This document shows, one piece after another, positions 63,588-64,000 of a stretch of 64,000 nt of DNA; the first letter of the stretch is position 1; each line of letters starts with the position of its first letter. The stretch lies in the sequence record MW460245.1; one strand, written 5' to 3'. The position numbers were made by a program, and so were the translations under genes. The notes under the pieces are model-generated. The model ran no database searches and was not told the DNA's origin. It saw only the letters and a list, made by a program, of their open reading frames with translations.

Positions 63588-64000
63588 GCGTTCGTGCGCA
63601 TCGGGAGCAGGCGCCGCATACGCGCTCGCCTGCTCGAGCAGCCAGCCGCGAAACAGCTCCAGCGGCTTGCTGTGGCTGAACTCCGTCGGATACACGAGGT
63701 AGTACGCCGAATCGCCGACGGTTGCCGCGTCGCACGGCACGACGAGGCCGAGTTGCTGCAACTGTTCCTCGACGAAAAACTTCGGCACGAGCGCGATGCC
63801 GAGCCCGGCCGCGGCCGCGCTGATCAGCATCGTGTGCAGTTCGTAGCGCACGCCCTGCATCGTGCGGATGTCGTCGCCGCCGTGCGTCTCGAACCATTGC
63901 GCCCACGCGCCCGGGCGCGTGGGCGCGTGCCGCCGCGGCTACGCGCGCACGGCCTCGCCCCGCGCGACGGGCCCGTTCAGCCACGCGGGCGCGCAGATCG
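63588..64000 (-). pseudogene. Bacterial LysR-family (GcvA-like) regulator C-terminal fragment, fused in frame to the phage tail, with an in-frame TAG
   Basis: ICAPAWLNG...RA*PRRHAPTRPGAWAQWF...RYELHTMLISAAAAGLGIALVPKFFVEEQL..YYLVYP...FRGWLLEQA; TAG at 63939-63941; sampled GC 72-88%. Confidence 0.8.

Noticed and set aside
63333-63860. A genuine 175-aa LysR-acidic-tail fusion protein
   Set aside because: It starts at an internal Met of a LysR domain and is the product of the junction, so it is not treated as a real gene.
63481-63984. 167-aa Arg/Ala-rich ORF
   Set aside because: Alternative frame of high-GC LysR DNA crossing the junction.
1-64000. phiKZ-type nucleus-forming system (chimallin, PhuZ, multisubunit RNAP)
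   Set aside because: None recognisable in this window; gene content is T4/P2-like baseplate with DnaX and RecA. It cannot be excluded elsewhere in the genome.

Overview
About 63.6 kb of this window is one contiguous segment of a large contractile-tailed (myovirus-type) phage genome of roughly mid-50s %GC. Gene content suggests a jumbo phage resembling the RSL1/PaBG/Lu11 group, possibly with a Burkholderiales host. This is inference and was not checked against a database. Left to right: (1) a replication/recombination fragment (partial DnaX-like clamp loader, GIY-YIG endonuclease, Cas4-like nuclease); (2) a ~31-kb + strand block of tail-fibre, tailspike and LamG-like virion genes, interrupted by a lipoprotein subtilase, a 5'-3' exonuclease and a holin/GH19 lysis cassette; (3) a small TraR-like + Acb1 island at the strand switch; (4) a - strand block with fibre, baseplate (gp6/J, gp25, PAAR, gp5/V, hub, LysM), SLT, tape-measure-like, chaperone and tube-initiator genes, then probable portal, MmcB, RuvC, terminase large subunit and RecA/UvsX. 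At ~63,575 the phage sequence joins, through a GAC/GAA microsatellite, to a >70% GC bacterial LysR-regulator fragment; this is either a chimeric assembly or an unusual junction. I found no tRNA, rRNA, CRISPR, integrase or reverse transcriptase. Best leads: a predicted outer-membrane lipoprotein S8 protease; a duplicated LamG-LamG-repeat-protein virion module; two compact structured intergenic RNAs; two recurring promoter-like motifs (CGAATTTGA, GTAAATA); a candidate +1/-2 chaperone frameshift; and a shared AARL terminal motif in small proteins.
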